Positions 22,209 to 32,460 of a stretch of 64,000 bases of DNA are shown one piece after another. Source of the DNA: an uncultured Thermus sp. (GTDB lineage Bacteria > Deinococcota > Deinococci > Deinococcales > Thermaceae). Positions within the stretch are counted from its first letter, which is position 1, and each line of letters begins with the position of its first letter. The notes beneath the pieces were generated by a model. The model saw only the letters and a list, made by a program, of their open reading frames with translations. It was not told where the DNA came from and ran no database searches. The translations under genes and the position numbers were made by a program. The stretch lies in assembly GCA_947085095.1 (NCBI GenBank), contig CAMTVD010000014.1, positions 32,001 to 96,000 on the forward strand. The letters run 5' to 3'.

Positions 22209-23443
22209 CGGTGAGCCTTTGGGAGCTGGCGGCGAGGGCGAAAAGAAGGCTTCCCGAGATCGCCAAGGGGGGGCGGGACCAGGCGCTTTTGCGCATGGCG
22301 GAGCTTTTGGAAGGGGGCTGGGAGGAGGTCCTTAGGGCGAACCGGGAGGACCTCTTGGAGGCGGAGAAGGCGGGGCTTTCCCAGGCCAAGCTGGACCGGT
22401 TGGCCCTGAAGGAGAAGGACCTCAAGACCCTCACCCAGGGGCTTCGCCAGATCGCTCTTCTCCCCGACCCCCTGGGGCGGATAGAGGGCCTGGCCAAGCG
22501 TCCCAATGGCCTTAGGGTGGGCAGGATGCGGGTGCCCTTGGGCCTCATCGGCTTCGTCTACGAGGCGAGGCCCGGGGCCACGGTGGAGGCGGTGGCCGTG
22601 GCCCTCAAGGCGGGAAACGCCCTGCTCCTGAGGGGCGGCAAGGAGGCCTTCCGCTCCAACCGGGCCCTGGTGGCCCTGTGGCACCAGGCCCTAAAGGAGG
22701 CGGGCCTGCCGGAGGAGGCGGTGACCCTGGTCCCCACCACGGACCGGGAGGCCATTCTGGAGATGTGCCGCCTGGAACTTTTAGACCTCCTCATCCCCCG
22801 GGGTGGGGAGGAGCTCATCCGCCTGGTGCAGAAGGAGGCCCGGGTGCCCGTCCTGGCCCACGCCAAGGGGGTGAACCACCTCTACGTGGACGAGCGGGCG
22901 GACCTGGCCATGGCCCTGCGCCTGGCCCTAAACGGCAAGACCCAGCGGCCCGCGGTGTGCAACGCCCTCGAGGCCCTCCTGGTCCACGAGAAGGTGGCCG
23001 GGGTCTTCCTGCCCCTCCTGGAAAGGGCCATGGGGGAAAAGGGGGTAGAGCTCAGGGCCTGCCCCCGGGCCCTTCCCCTTCTCAAGGAGGCCCGCCCCGC
23101 CTCAGAGGAGGAGTGGGACCGGGAGTACCTGGACCTCATCCTCCGGGTGAAGGTGGTCTCGGGGCTGGAGGAGGCCCTGGAGCACATCGCCCGCTTTGGC
23201 TCCCGCCACACCGAGGCCATCTGCACCGAGGACCCAAGGGCGGCCTGGCGCTTTCTGGAGGAGGTGGACGCCTCCCTGGTCCTCTGGAACGCCTCCACCC
23301 GCTTCAACGACGGCTTTGAGCTGGGCCTGGGGGCGGAGATCGGCATCAGCACCTCCAAGCTCCACGCCTACGGCCCCATGGGGCCCGTGGAGCTCACCAC
23401 CCTGAAGTGGGTGGCCCTGGGGGAGGGGCAGGAGCGGGCGTGA
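22205..23443 (+). CDS. proA: Gamma-glutamyl phosphate reductase
   Basis: Motifs VPLGLIGFVYEARP, LIPRGG, VCNALE, NASTRFNDG and GISTSKLHAYGPMG. Confidence 0.97.
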   Translation: MTVSLWELAARAKRRLPEIAKGGRDQALLRMAELLEGGWEEVLRANREDLLEAEKAGLSQAKLDRLALKEKDLKTLTQGLRQIALLPDPLGRIEGLAKRPNGLRVGRMRVPLGLIGFVYEARPGATVEAVAVALKAGNALLLRGGKEAFRSNRALVALWHQALKEAGLPEEAVTLVPTTDREAILEMCRLELLDLLIPRGGEELIRLVQKEARVPVLAHAKGVNHLYVDERADLAMALRLALNGKTQRPAVCNALEALLVHEKVAGVFLPLLERAMGEKGVELRACPRALPLLKEARPASEEEWDREYLDLILRVKVVSGLEEALEHIARFGSRHTEAICTEDPRAAWRFLEEVDASLVLWNASTRFNDGFELGLGAEIGISTSKLHAYGPMGPVELTTLKWVALGEGQERA

Positions 23444-24000
23444 AGGACCTGGCGGAGGCCTGGCGGCTTATAGAGGCGGGGCGCTACCGGGAGGCCGAGG
23501 CCCTCCTCGCTCAAGACCCTTCCCCTGAGGCCCGCTTCCTCCTGGGGTATGCCCTGGTCTTCCAGGGCAGGTACGAGGAGGCCCTATCCCTTTACCGGGC
23601 CCTCTACCGGGAGTCCGGGAGCCACTGGGCCCTCCACCAAGTGGGGATGGTCCTCCGGATGGCGGGCAGGCTGGAGGAGGCCCTCGCCGTTTTTGAGGAG
23701 GAGGCCCGCCTCCTTCCCCAAGACCCCCTGGCCCGCTCCGTGAACCTCTACGAGCGGGGTTACACCCGGCTCCTCCTAGGGGAGAAAGGGGAAGCCCTGG
23801 CCCTCCTCCGGGCCGCCCTCGCTGAGGCCGAGGCCTCCTTTGACCCCACGGCCCAGGCCTGCGCCCACCGGGGCCTTTTGGAATGGCACCTCCGCTTCGG
23901 CCAAGAGGAGGGGGTCCGGCGGCACAAGGAGGCGGCCATCCGATGCTTCCTCAAGGCCGGGGATCCCAAGGGGGCGGAGGAGGTGGAGGGCCTTGCTTAG
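23440..24000 (+). CDS. Tetratricopeptide repeat protein
   Basis: Repeated TPR-like units (LLGYALVFQGRYEEAL; QVGMVLRMAGRLEEAL). GTGA overlap with proA. Confidence 0.75.
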   Translation: MKDLAEAWRLIEAGRYREAEALLAQDPSPEARFLLGYALVFQGRYEEALSLYRALYRESGSHWALHQVGMVLRMAGRLEEALAVFEEEARLLPQDPLARSVNLYERGYTRLLLGEKGEALALLRAALAEAEASFDPTAQACAHRGLLEWHLRFGQEEGVRRHKEAAIRCFLKAGDPKGAEEVEGLA

Positions 24001-24775
24001 GGACCTCATCCGGATTTACCAGGAGGCCCACGTCCCCTTCTTCGCCGCCGCTTTGGCCTACTACGCCCTCCTTTCCCTCATGCCCCTTCTCCTCCTCCTG
24101 GCGGGCCTCTTCGGCTTCCTCCTCTCGGGGAACCCCGCCCTCCGGGCCGAGGTCTTCCAGGGCCTAGAGGAGCTCACCCTGGCCCTCCTTCCCGCCCGCC
24201 CGGAGCTAGCGGGGGAGGTGCTTTCCTTTCTCACCAAAGGCGCCTTCCCCCTCACCCTGGGAAGCGGCCTCCTCCTCCTTTGGTCTGGGAGCAATTTCTT
24301 CGCCGCCTTGAGCTACGCCCTGGGCCTCGTTTTCGGGCGCCCCTTTGGCTTCCGCCACCGGCTTTTGGGCCTCCTCATGCCCCCCCTGCTGGCCCTCTCC
24401 CTCATCCTCCTTTCCCTCCTGGGCCTCGCCTTGGGCTTTCTCCTGCGCTACCTTCCCCCCGAGTGGCGAAGCCTATTGGGCCCCCTCGAGGCCTTCTTAC
24501 CCCTTCTTGCCGCCTTTCTCCTTTTCCTCCTCACCTACGCCCTCTTCCGGGGTGTGAAGGGCTTCAGGGACCTCCTCCCCGTGAGCGCCGGGGCGGGGGT
24601 GGCCACCCTCCTCTTTGAGGGGGTGCGCCTCCTTTTGCCCAAGCTCCTCCCCCGCTCCCAGTACGAGCTCCTCTACGGCCCCCTGGCGGGCTTCGTCCTG
24701 GCCCTTTTGGGCCTTTACCTGGTCCTCTACGCCCTCCTCCTGGGGGCGGTGGTGGCCCGGAGCCTCGAGGCCTAG
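23993..24775 (+). CDS. YihY/virulence factor BrkB family membrane protein
   Basis: [16 protein letters not shown] and [10 protein letters not shown], with multiple TMs. Confidence 0.85.
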   Translation: MLRDLIRIYQEAHVPFFAAALAYYALLSLMPLLLLLAGLFGFLLSGNPALRAEVFQGLEELTLALLPARPELAGEVLSFLTKGAFPLTLGSGLLLLWSGSNFFAALSYALGLVFGRPFGFRHRLLGLLMPPLLALSLILLSLLGLALGFLLRYLPPEWRSLLGPLEAFLPLLAAFLLFLLTYALFRGVKGFRDLLPVSAGAGVATLLFEGVRLLLPKLLPRSQYELLYGPLAGFVLALLGLYLVLYALLLGAVVARSLEA

Positions 24776-24790
24776 GGGTATCATGGACTC

Positions 24791-24817
24791 ATGTGCCCGG
24801 CCAGGCTAGCCCCCTAG
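24791..24817 (+). CDS. Putative leuS leader peptide MCPARLAP
   Basis: ATG TGC CCG GCC AGG CTA GCC CCC TAG, starting 6 nt after TATCAT. The single Leu codon is CTA. Confidence 0.6.
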   Translation: MCPARLAP

Positions 24818-24837
24818 GTGGGGAGGGGCCTGGCCGT

Positions 24838-24866
24838 CCCTTCCCAAAGAGGGGAAGGGTTTTTTT
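24838..24866 (+). terminator. Intrinsic terminator in the leuS 5' leader
   Basis: CCCTTCCC-AAAGAG-GGGAAGGG-TTTTTTT. Confidence 0.85.
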
Positions 24867-24879
24867 GAGGAGGCTGAGG

Positions 24880-27516
24880 ATGGAGAAGTACAACCCGCAC
24901 GCCATAGAGCCCAAGTGGCAGCGCTTCTGGGAGGAGAAGGGCTTCATGAGGGCCAAGGAGGTCCCCGGCAAGAGGGGGAAGCAGTACGTCCTGGTCATGT
25001 TCCCCTACCCCTCTGGGGACCTGCACATGGGCCACCTGAAGAACTACACCATGGGGGACGTCCTGGCCCGCTTCCGCAAGGTCCAGGGCTACGAGGTCCT
25101 CCACCCCATGGGCTGGGATGCCTTCGGGCTCCCCGCGGAGAACGCCGCCCTCAAGTTCGGCCTCCACCCCCGGGACTGGACCTACGAGAACATCCGCCAG
25201 GCCAAGGAGAGCCTTGCGCTCATGGGCATCCTCTACGACTGGGACCGGGAGGTCACCACCTGCGAGCCCGACTACTACCGGTGGAACCAGTGGATCTTCC
25301 TCAAGATGTGGGAGAAGGGCCTCGCTTACCGGGCGGGGGGTCTCGTCAACTGGTGCCCCAAGTGCCAGACGGTCCTGGCTAACGAGCAGGTGGTGGAGGG
25401 GCGGTGCTGGCGGCACGAGGACACCCCGGTGGAGAAGCGGGAACTCACGCAGTGGTACCTGCGGATCACCGCCTACGCCGACCGCCTCCTAGAGGACCTC
25501 GAGGGCCTGGACTGGCCGGAGAAGGTGAAGGCCATGCAAAGGGCCTGGATCGGCCGCTCCGAGGGGGCGGAGATCCTCTTCCCCGTGGAGGGGAAGGAGG
25601 TGAGGATCCCCGTCTTCACCACCCGCCCCGACACCCTCTTTGGGGCCACCTTCCTGGTCCTGGCCCCCGAGCACCCCCTCACCCTGGAGCTTTGCGCCCC
25701 CAATAGGCGGGAGGAGGTCTTAGCCTACGTGGAGGCCGCCAAGCGCAAGACGGAGATGGAGCGCCAGGCGGAGGGCAGGGAAAAGACCGGGGTCTTCCTG
25801 GGGGCCTACGCCCTAAACCCCGCCACCGGGGAAAGGATCCCCATCTGGACCGCGGACTACGTCCTTTACGGCTACGGCACCGGGGCCATCATGGCCGTGC
25901 CCGGCCACGACCAGAGGGACTTTGAGTTCGCCAAAAGGTTCGGCCTTCCCATCCGGAAGGTCATTGAGCGCCCCGGGGAGCCTTTGCCCGAGCCCCTGGA
26001 AGGGGCCTACGAGGAGCCGGGGATCCTGGTGAACTCGGGGCCTTTTGACGGCCTCATGAGCGAGGAGGCCAAGGGGCGGATCACCCTTTGGCTTGCGGAG
26101 CAGGGCTTCGGGAGGGCCCGCGTCACCTACCGCCTCCGGGACTGGCTCATCAGCCGCCAGCGCTACTGGGGCACCCCCATCCCCATGGTCCACTGCGAGG
26201 CCTGCGGGGTGGTGCCCGTGCCCGAGGAGGAGCTTCCCGTCCTCCTTCCCGACCTCAAGGACGTGGAGGACATCCGCCCCAAGGGGAAAAGCCCCTTAGA
26301 GGCCCACCCCGAGTTCTACGAGACCACCTGCCCCAAGTGCGGCGGCCCCGCCAAGCGGGACACGGACACCATGGACACCTTCTTTGACAGTAGCTGGTAC
26401 TACCTCCGCTACACGGATCCCAAAAACGACCGCCTCCCCTTTGACCCCAAGAAGGCGGACTTCTGGATGCCCGTGGACCAGTACATCGGCGGGGTGGAGC
26501 ACGCCGTGCTTCACCTCCTCTACAGCCGCTTCTTCACCAAGTTCCTCCACGACCTGGGGATGGTGAAGGTGGAGGAGCCCTTTAGGGGCCTCTTCACCCA
26601 GGGCATGGTCCTGGCCTGGACGGACTTCGGCGAGGTGGAGGTGGAAGGGGACAGGGTGCGCCTCCCCGAGCCCACCCGCATCCGGCTGGAGATTCAGGAG
26701 AGGGAGCTTTCCCTGGAGGACGTGAGGAAGATGGGGGCCGAGCTAAGGCCCCACGAGGACGGCACCCTGCACCTCTTTAAGCCCGCGGTGATGAGCAAGT
26801 CCAAGGGCAACGGGGTCATGGTGGGGCCCTTCGTGAAGGAGGAGGGGGCGGACATCGCCCGCATCACCATCCTCTTCGCCGCTCCCCCCGAGAACGAGAT
26901 GGTCTGGACCGAGGAGGGGGTGCAGGGGGCCTGGCGCTTCCTGAACCGGATCTTTAGGCGGGTGGCCGAGGACCGCTCCGAGCTGGAGAAGATCTCGGGT
27001 AAGTTCCAGAAAGAGGACCTGGAGGGAGCCGACCAGGAGCTTTACCGGAAGCTCCACGCCACCCTCAAGAAGGTGACGGAGGACCTCGAGCACCTGCGCT
27101 TCAACACCGCCATCGCCGCCCTCATGGAGTTCCTGAACGCCCTCTACGAGTACCGTAAGGTGCGCCCCGTCACCCCCCTCTACCGCACCGCCATCCGCTA
27201 CTACCTGCAGATGCTCTTCCCCTTCGCCCCCCACCTGGCCGAGGAGCTCTGGCACTGGTTCTGGCCCGATAGCCTCTTTGAGGCGGGCTGGCCCGAGCTG
27301 GACCCGGAGGCCCTGGAAAGGGACGTGGTGGAGGTGGCCGTCCAGGTGAACGGGAGGGTGCGGGGCACCATCCAGCTCCCCAAGGACGCCCCCCTGGAGG
27401 TGGCCAAGGCCGAGGCCCTCAAGGTGAAAAACGTCCAGGCCCACCTGGAGGGGAAGGAGATCGTCAAGGAGATCTACGTCCCCGGGAAGATCCTCAACCT
27501 GGTAGTGCGGGGCTAG
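24880..27516 (+). CDS. leuS: Leucine--tRNA ligase
   Basis: HIGH-like motif [13 protein letters not shown], editing motif [17 protein letters not shown] and [18 protein letters not shown]. Confidence 0.98.
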   Translation: MEKYNPHAIEPKWQRFWEEKGFMRAKEVPGKRGKQYVLVMFPYPSGDLHMGHLKNYTMGDVLARFRKVQGYEVLHPMGWDAFGLPAENAALKFGLHPRDWTYENIRQAKESLALMGILYDWDREVTTCEPDYYRWNQWIFLKMWEKGLAYRAGGLVNWCPKCQTVLANEQVVEGRCWRHEDTPVEKRELTQWYLRITAYADRLLEDLEGLDWPEKVKAMQRAWIGRSEGAEILFPVEGKEVRIPVFTTRPDTLFGATFLVLAPEHPLTLELCAPNRREEVLAYVEAAKRKTEMERQAEGREKTGVFLGAYALNPATGERIPIWTADYVLYGYGTGAIMAVPGHDQRDFEFAKRFGLPIRKVIERPGEPLPEPLEGAYEEPGILVNSGPFDGLMSEEAKGRITLWLAEQGFGRARVTYRLRDWLISRQRYWGTPIPMVHCEACGVVPVPEEELPVLLPDLKDVEDIRPKGKSPLEAHPEFYETTCPKCGGPAKRDTDTMDTFFDSSWYYLRYTDPKNDRLPFDPKKADFWMPVDQYIGGVEHAVLHLLYSRFFTKFLHDLGMVKVEEPFRGLFTQGMVLAWTDFGEVEVEGDRVRLPEPTRIRLEIQERELSLEDVRKMGAELRPHEDGTLHLFKPAVMSKSKGNGVMVGPFVKEEGADIARITILFAAPPENEMVWTEEGVQGAWRFLNRIFRRVAEDRSELEKISGKFQKEDLEGADQELYRKLHATLKKVTEDLEHLRFNTAIAALMEFLNALYEYRKVRPVTPLYRTAIRYYLQMLFPFAPHLAEELWHWFWPDSLFEAGWPELDPEALERDVVEVAVQVNGRVRGTIQLPKDAPLEVAKAEALKVKNVQAHLEGKEIVKEIYVPGKILNLVVRG

Positions 27517-28195
27517 GGAGGCTTAGACGGGTGGCCTCGAGGCGGGCCACCTCCCCCTCAAAGGGGGTGAGGAAAAGCCCCTCCCCCCCTCCCCAGGCCA
27601 GGAGCCTCCCGTAAGCCAGAAAGAAGCCCTCGCCGTCCAGGAGGCTGTAAAGCCTTTGTGGCTCCCCGGGGCCCTCCAGGGGGAGGGTTCTGGGCCTTGC
27701 CCCCTGGAAGTGGGCGAGAAGCCTCTCCAGACGGGCCCTCCTCCTCTCGGCGGCCGTCTTCCTCCGGGCCTCGGGGAGGGGCTTGGCCAGGCGCACCTTG
27801 AGGTCCTTGCGCCAGGCTAGGGCCCGGTGGAGGGTCTCCGAGCCCAGGACCAGGACCTCGGCGGGGCTTAGGGCGTCCACCTGGAGGAGGCGGTAGCTGG
27901 GGTCCAGGAGGCCGTCCGTGTCCCCTATGGCCGGGCTTCCCCTGGGGATGAGGCGGGCTAAGCGCAAAGCGGCCACCAGGGCCCTGGCCTCCACCCCGAG
28001 GGGGGAGAGGGCCCCCACCAGGGCCCGGCGCACCGGGGTCAGGCTCCCTTCCCGGTAGCGGAAGAGGGTGAAGGTCCCGGGCAGGGACCCCTGCCCCGGG
28101 TCCAGGTCCAGGAGGTACCCCTCCTTGGCCCGCTCCAGAAGCCTCATGGCCAGGGTGGTCTTGCCCACATCCGTGGGGCCCAGGAGGAGGAGCAT
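27494..28195 (-). CDS. Clp1-like polynucleotide 5'-kinase
   Basis: P-loop [20 protein letters not shown] and a basic lid ERRRAR. Confidence 0.75.
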   Translation of the reverse strand: MLLLLGPTDVGKTTLAMRLLERAKEGYLLDLDPGQGSLPGTFTLFRYREGSLTPVRRALVGALSPLGVEARALVAALRLARLIPRGSPAIGDTDGLLDPSYRLLQVDALSPAEVLVLGSETLHRALAWRKDLKVRLAKPLPEARRKTAAERRRARLERLLAHFQGARPRTLPLEGPGEPQRLYSLLDGEGFFLAYGRLLAWGGGEGLFLTPFEGEVARLEATRLSLPSPALPG

Positions 28196-28271
28196 CAGGG
28201 AAGACTCTAGCACGCCCTGTAACCTGACGCATTTTTACTTATCAGCAGGAAAGTGTTATACTAACCCCACC

Positions 28272-29435
28272 ATGGACCTGTGGTTTGAGGAGAGCAGGGA
28301 GGAGCGGGCGGTCTTGGGGCCCTTGCGCGAGTTCCTGAAGGCGGAGGTGGCCCCGGGGGCGGCGGAAAGGGACCGGACAGGGGCCTTCCCCTCTGACCTG
28401 GTGCGGAAGATGGCCCAGCTCGGGGTCTTCGGGGCCACGGTGCCCGAGGCCTACGGGGGGGTGGGGCTTCCCATGCGGCTCTTCGCCCGCATGGTGGAGG
28501 AGATCGCCTACTACGACGGGGCTTTGGCCCTCACCGTGGCCAGCCACAACTCCCTGGCCACGGGCCATATCCTCTTGGCGGGGAACGAGAAGCAGAAGGC
28601 GGAGTTCCTGCCGAGGCTCGCCTCGGGGGAGGCCTTAGGGGCCTGGGGCCTCACGGAGCCGGGTGCGGGCTCGGACGCCGCCGCCCTCAAGACCAAGGCC
28701 TCGGCGGTGCCCGGTGGGTTCCTCCTAAACGGCACCAAGCAGTTCATCACCCAGGGGAGCGTGGCCGGGGTTTACGTGATCGTGGCCCGCACCGACCCAG
28801 CCCCTGGCCCCGAGAAGAAGCACCTGGGGATCTCCGCTTTCGTCTTTTCCCGCCCGGAGAAGGGCCTAAAGGTGGGCAAGAAGGAGGAGAAGCTGGGGCT
28901 TAGCGCCTCGGACACCGCCCAGCTCGTCCTGGAGGACCTCTTCGTCCCCGAGGAGGGGCTTCTGGGGGAACGGGGCAGGGGCTTTTACGATGTCCTCAGG
29001 GTCCTGGACGGGGGAAGGATCGGCATCGCCGCCATGGCCGTGGGCCTGGGCCGGGCCGCCTTGGACTTCGCCCTGCGCTACGCCAAGGAGCGGGAGGCTT
29101 TCGGCAGGCCCATCGCCGAGTTCCAGGGGGTTTCCTTCAAGCTGGCGGAGATGGCCACTGAGCTGGAGGCGGCGAGGCTTCTCTACCTGAAGGCGGCGGA
29201 GCTCAAGGACGCGGGGCGGCCCTTTGCCCTCGAGGCCGCCCAGGCCAAGCTCTTCGCCAGCGAGGCGGCGGTCAGGGCCTGCGACGAGGCCATCCAGATC
29301 CTGGGCGGCTACGGCTACGTGAAGGACTACCCCGTGGAGCGCTACTGGCGGGACGCCCGCCTCACCCGCATCGGGGAGGGGACCAGCGAGATCCTCAAGG
29401 TGGTCATCGCCCGGCGTCTTCTAGAAGGGGTGTGA
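28272..29435 (+). CDS. Acyl-CoA dehydrogenase
   Basis: Motifs [33 protein letters not shown] and RIGEGTSEI. Confidence 0.95.
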   Translation: MDLWFEESREERAVLGPLREFLKAEVAPGAAERDRTGAFPSDLVRKMAQLGVFGATVPEAYGGVGLPMRLFARMVEEIAYYDGALALTVASHNSLATGHILLAGNEKQKAEFLPRLASGEALGAWGLTEPGAGSDAAALKTKASAVPGGFLLNGTKQFITQGSVAGVYVIVARTDPAPGPEKKHLGISAFVFSRPEKGLKVGKKEEKLGLSASDTAQLVLEDLFVPEEGLLGERGRGFYDVLRVLDGGRIGIAAMAVGLGRAALDFALRYAKEREAFGRPIAEFQGVSFKLAEMATELEAARLLYLKAAELKDAGRPFALEAAQAKLFASEAAVRACDEAIQILGGYGYVKDYPVERYWRDARLTRIGEGTSEILKVVIARRLLEGV

Positions 29436-30453
29436 AGGAGAGGGCCTTGGGGGCCTTGAGGGCCAGCTGGCCGCAGGCGGCCCCCACGTCCTGGCCCCGG
29501 CTCCACCTTATGGAGGTGGGCACCCCCAGGCGCCCAAGCTCCTCGGCGAAGGCCAGGATACCCGCTTTGGGCGTCCCCTCCACCGGGGCGTTCTCCCAGG
29601 GGTTGAAGGGGATCAGGTTCACGTGGGCGCTGATCCCCTTCAGGAGCTTGGCCAGGAGCCGGGCCTGCCAGGGGTGGTCGTTCAGGCCCTTGAGGAGGGT
29701 GTACTCAAAGGTGACCCGCCTTTTGGTCTTTTCGTAGTAGCGGCGCACCGCCTCCATGATCTCGGCGATGGGGTAGCGGTGGGCGGTGGGGATGATCCTC
29801 CGCCGGGTCTCGTCGTCGGGGGCGTGGAGGGAGAGGGCCAGGCGCACCCCCACGTCCTCCTCCGCCAGGCGCAGGATGCCCCGGGGGATGCCCACGGTGG
29901 AGAGGGTGATGCGCCTTGGGCTCATGGCCAGGGCCCTGGGGTGGAGCATGACCCGGATGGCCTTGAGGACGTTGTTAAGGTTCAGGAGGGGCTCCCCCAT
30001 GCCCATGAGGACCACGTTGCGGATCTCCCGGGGGGAGAGGCCTTGGTGGTGGGCGATGGCGAGGAGCTGGGAGAGGATCTCCGCCGCGGTCAGGTTCCGC
30101 CCAAAGCCCAAGGCCCCGGTGGCGCAGAAGGTGCACCCGGCGGGGCAGCCCACCATGCTGGAGAGGCAGACCGTCTTGCGGTTCTGGTAGGGCATGTAGA
30201 CGGCCTCGGTCTTTTGCCCGTCCAGGAGGGTGAAGAGGTACTTCACGCTCCCGTCCTTGCTGGGGTAGGCCTCTATGAGCTGGAACTCGGAGATCCGCCA
30301 TTCCTGGGCCAACGCCTCCCGCAGGGCCTTGGGGAGGTCGGTCATCTCGGCGAAGTCCAGGACCCCCCGGGCGAAGACCCAGTGGGCGATCTGGGCCTTG
30401 CGGTAGCCCTCGCCGGGAAACTCTTCAGGGAACAGCTCTAGAATGGGCTTCAC
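29404..30453 (-). CDS. rlmN: Dual-specificity RNA methyltransferase (23S rRNA A2503 C2)
   Basis: Radical-SAM motif CPAGCTFC, plus MGMGEPL, SLHA, NLIPFN and AACGQL. Confidence 0.96.
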   Translation of the reverse strand: MKPILELFPEEFPGEGYRKAQIAHWVFARGVLDFAEMTDLPKALREALAQEWRISEFQLIEAYPSKDGSVKYLFTLLDGQKTEAVYMPYQNRKTVCLSSMVGCPAGCTFCATGALGFGRNLTAAEILSQLLAIAHHQGLSPREIRNVVLMGMGEPLLNLNNVLKAIRVMLHPRALAMSPRRITLSTVGIPRGILRLAEEDVGVRLALSLHAPDDETRRRIIPTAHRYPIAEIMEAVRRYYEKTKRRVTFEYTLLKGLNDHPWQARLLAKLLKGISAHVNLIPFNPWENAPVEGTPKAGILAFAEELGRLGVPTSIRWSRGQDVGAACGQLALKAPKALSFTPLLEDAGR

Positions 30454-30662
30454 GCCACCCCCTCGTAGATGGCGCCTAGAGGCACAGGGCCTTCCAGGCA
30501 GGGCAGGTGGAGGACCTCGTTGGTGACGATGAGGTTGTGGTCCAGGCCGGCCCCGGCCATGGCGTAGGGGATCCCCTCAAGAAGCTCGTGGCGAAGGGGG
30601 CTTTCCCTTTCCAGGGCCAGGTACTCTTCCTCGGTGAGGGGGCGCAGGGCCCGTTCGGTCAT
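30450..30662 (-). pseudogene. Uma2-family endonuclease with a large in-frame internal deletion
   Basis: A Uma2-like N-terminus (EEYLALERESPLRHELLEG..AMAG...HNLI) is joined directly to a Uma2-like C-terminus (LPCL...LGAIYEG). Only 70 aa. Confidence 0.7.
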
Positions 30663-30671
30663 CCTCCCATT

Positions 30672-30896
30672 CTAGCGCAGGCGGCCGTAGCCCAAAAGAA
30701 GGCCCAGAAGGAGGAAGAGGAGCCCCAGGGGTCTGGGCTTGGCCAAAAGGCCCAGGAAGGCCCCGAAGAGGAGGAGGCCCAGGGCTACCCGGCCCCGCCC
30801 CACCCGGTACGCCCTTCCCGAAAGGAAGCCCAGGAGGAGGGGCAGGGCCCAGAGGAAGAGGAGGAGGAGGCCGGCAATGGCGGTGAAGGAGGTCAA
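30672..30896 (-). CDS. Small hypothetical membrane protein
   Basis: 74 aa, hydrophobic, overlapping the moaDE stop. Confidence 0.6.
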   Translation of the reverse strand: MTSFTAIAGLLLLFLWALPLLLGFLSGRAYRVGRGRVALGLLLFGAFLGLLAKPRPLGLLFLLLGLLLGYGRLR

Positions 30897-31564
30897 AGCC
30901 GCCCTTCCTCGGGGGTGAAGCCCTCCACCCAGAAGCTCCCGTCCTTGCGGTGCTCCTTCTTCCAGACGGGGAGGACCTGCTTCACCCGGTCAATGGCGTA
31001 CTGGCAGGCGGCGAAGGCTTCCTTGCGGTGGCGGGCGGAGACCACGATGGCGATGGAGGCCTCCCCCGGGTCCACCCGGCCCAGGCGGTGCCAGAGGGCC
31101 ACCCGGCCCAGGGGCCACCTGGCCCGCATCTCCCCGAGGATCTCCGCCATGACCTTTTCCGCCATCCCCGGGTAGGCCTCGTACTCCAAATAGGCCACCT
31201 CCTCCCCCCGGTTGGGGCTTCGGGTGGTGCCCAGGAAGCTCACCACCGCCCCGTACTCGGGGGCCGTGGCCCAGTCCACCAGGGCCTTCAGGTCCAGGGG
31301 CTCCTGGGTGAGGCCGAAGCTGTCCTGTCCCCCCGAGACCGGGGGCAAAAAGGCCACCTCGTCCCCCTCCCTTAGGGGGGTGTCCCCCTGGGCCAGGGTC
31401 TGGTTCACCGCGGCCATGCCCCCGGTTAGGGATAGCCCGGGAAAGAGGTTCTCCAGGGCTTCCTTGGCCTCCCGGACCCGGGCTCCCTGGGGAAGCTCCA
31501 GGAAGACCCTGTCCCTTCCAGCCTGCTCCCGGTAAAGGGCGAAGAGGCGCACCTCAACCCGCAT
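30893..31564 (-). CDS. moaDE: Molybdopterin synthase MoaD-MoaE fusion
   Basis: MoaD part (LFALYRE...FLPPVSGG) fused to a MoaE part (GAVVSFLGTTR, EYEAY, HRLG, PVWKKE). Confidence 0.92.
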   Translation of the reverse strand: MRVEVRLFALYREQAGRDRVFLELPQGARVREAKEALENLFPGLSLTGGMAAVNQTLAQGDTPLREGDEVAFLPPVSGGQDSFGLTQEPLDLKALVDWATAPEYGAVVSFLGTTRSPNRGEEVAYLEYEAYPGMAEKVMAEILGEMRARWPLGRVALWHRLGRVDPGEASIAIVVSARHRKEAFAACQYAIDRVKQVLPVWKKEHRKDGSFWVEGFTPEEGRL

Positions 31565-32456
31565 GGGTCCCAGTATAGGCCTGACAGAGACCCAAGGCCA
31601 CGGAGAGGGCCTCGAGGTAGCGCATCCGCATGGGGCCCAGGAGGACGATCTCCCCCTGCCACTCCCCCTGGGAGAAGCCCGCCTGCACCTGGGCCAGGCC
31701 CTCCACCTCCCCTACCCGCACGTCCACCCGGCCCGGGGGGGTGAGGAGGTCCTCCTCGCCCCGCTCGTAGAGGCGCACCAGGCGCTCCAGGAAGCCTGGG
31801 TCCTGGGCCTCGGGCTCCTTCAGGACCTGGGAGAGCCCCTCCCGGTAGGTGAGGGAAAGCCCAGCGGAGAGGGCCCGGGAAAGGGCGGCGAAGAGGTCCT
31901 CGAGGCCCTTGGGGGCGGGGGGGAGTTCGGCAAAGGGGCGGGAGAGGGCCTCCTCCGCCTCCCGCATCTTTTCCGGGGGGAGGGCCTGGGAAAGGCGTAC
32001 CTCCCGCACCTTTCCCCCCTCCAGGACCAGGACCGCCAGGGTGCCCTCGGGCAGGGGGGAGAGGTGGGCCTGGAGGACCCTGGGGGTCTTCCTGGGCCGG
32101 AGGCGGAGGAGGGCGGGGTAGCCGGAAAGCCCGGCGGCCATCTTCACCACGAAGGCCTCGGGCTCCCGGGCCCCCACCAGGGCCCTTTGCAGGCTCCTTT
32201 GGGTGGCCTCGGGGAGGGGGGTGGGGGGGAGGAGGGAGAGGGCGTACTGGCGGTAGGCCTGGCGGGTGGGCACCCTACCGGCGGAGGCGTGGGGCTTGCT
32301 GAGGTAGCCCATCTCCTCGAGGGCGATGAGCTCGTACCGGGCCAGGGCGGGGCTAAGGCCCAGGGCCTCGGCGAGCCTGGCCGAGGGCACCGGGGCCTTG
32401 GTCCTTATGTACACCTCCACCAGGTGGTGGAGAATCCGCCGCTGCCTGGCCGTCAC
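31554..32456 (-). CDS. hrcA: Heat-inducible transcription repressor
   Basis: RQRRIL..LVEVYI...PVPS, PHASAGRVPT and GPMRMRY. Confidence 0.88.
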   Translation of the reverse strand: MTARQRRILHHLVEVYIRTKAPVPSARLAEALGLSPALARYELIALEEMGYLSKPHASAGRVPTRQAYRQYALSLLPPTPLPEATQRSLQRALVGAREPEAFVVKMAAGLSGYPALLRLRPRKTPRVLQAHLSPLPEGTLAVLVLEGGKVREVRLSQALPPEKMREAEEALSRPFAELPPAPKGLEDLFAALSRALSAGLSLTYREGLSQVLKEPEAQDPGFLERLVRLYERGEEDLLTPPGRVDVRVGEVEGLAQVQAGFSQGEWQGEIVLLGPMRMRYLEALSVALGLCQAYTGTHAG

Positions 32457-32460
32457 ACCC

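Larger units (their letters stand above)
24779..24873 (+). promoter_or_regulatory. Putative ribosome-dependent transcription attenuator of leuS
   Basis: -10 box, uORF and alternative hairpins 24798-24806:24828-24836, 24820-24829:24836-24845 and 24838-24845:24852-24859+T7, followed by the GAGGAGG RBS. Confidence 0.7.

Noticed and set aside
24783..24809. Alternative u[11 protein letters not shown]
   Set aside because: Its ATG lies within the TATCAT -10 box, so it would not be in the transcript from this promoter. It has no Leu codon.
24779..24880. T-box riboswitch upstream of leuS
   Set aside because: The leader is only about 90 nt, with no Stem I/specifier loop and no TGGNACC T-box bulge. 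A leader-peptide model fits better.
28214..28262. TetR-type operator upstream of the acyl-CoA dehydrogenase
   Set aside because: The region is AT-rich with only a weak CTGA...TCAG symmetry, too little to call.
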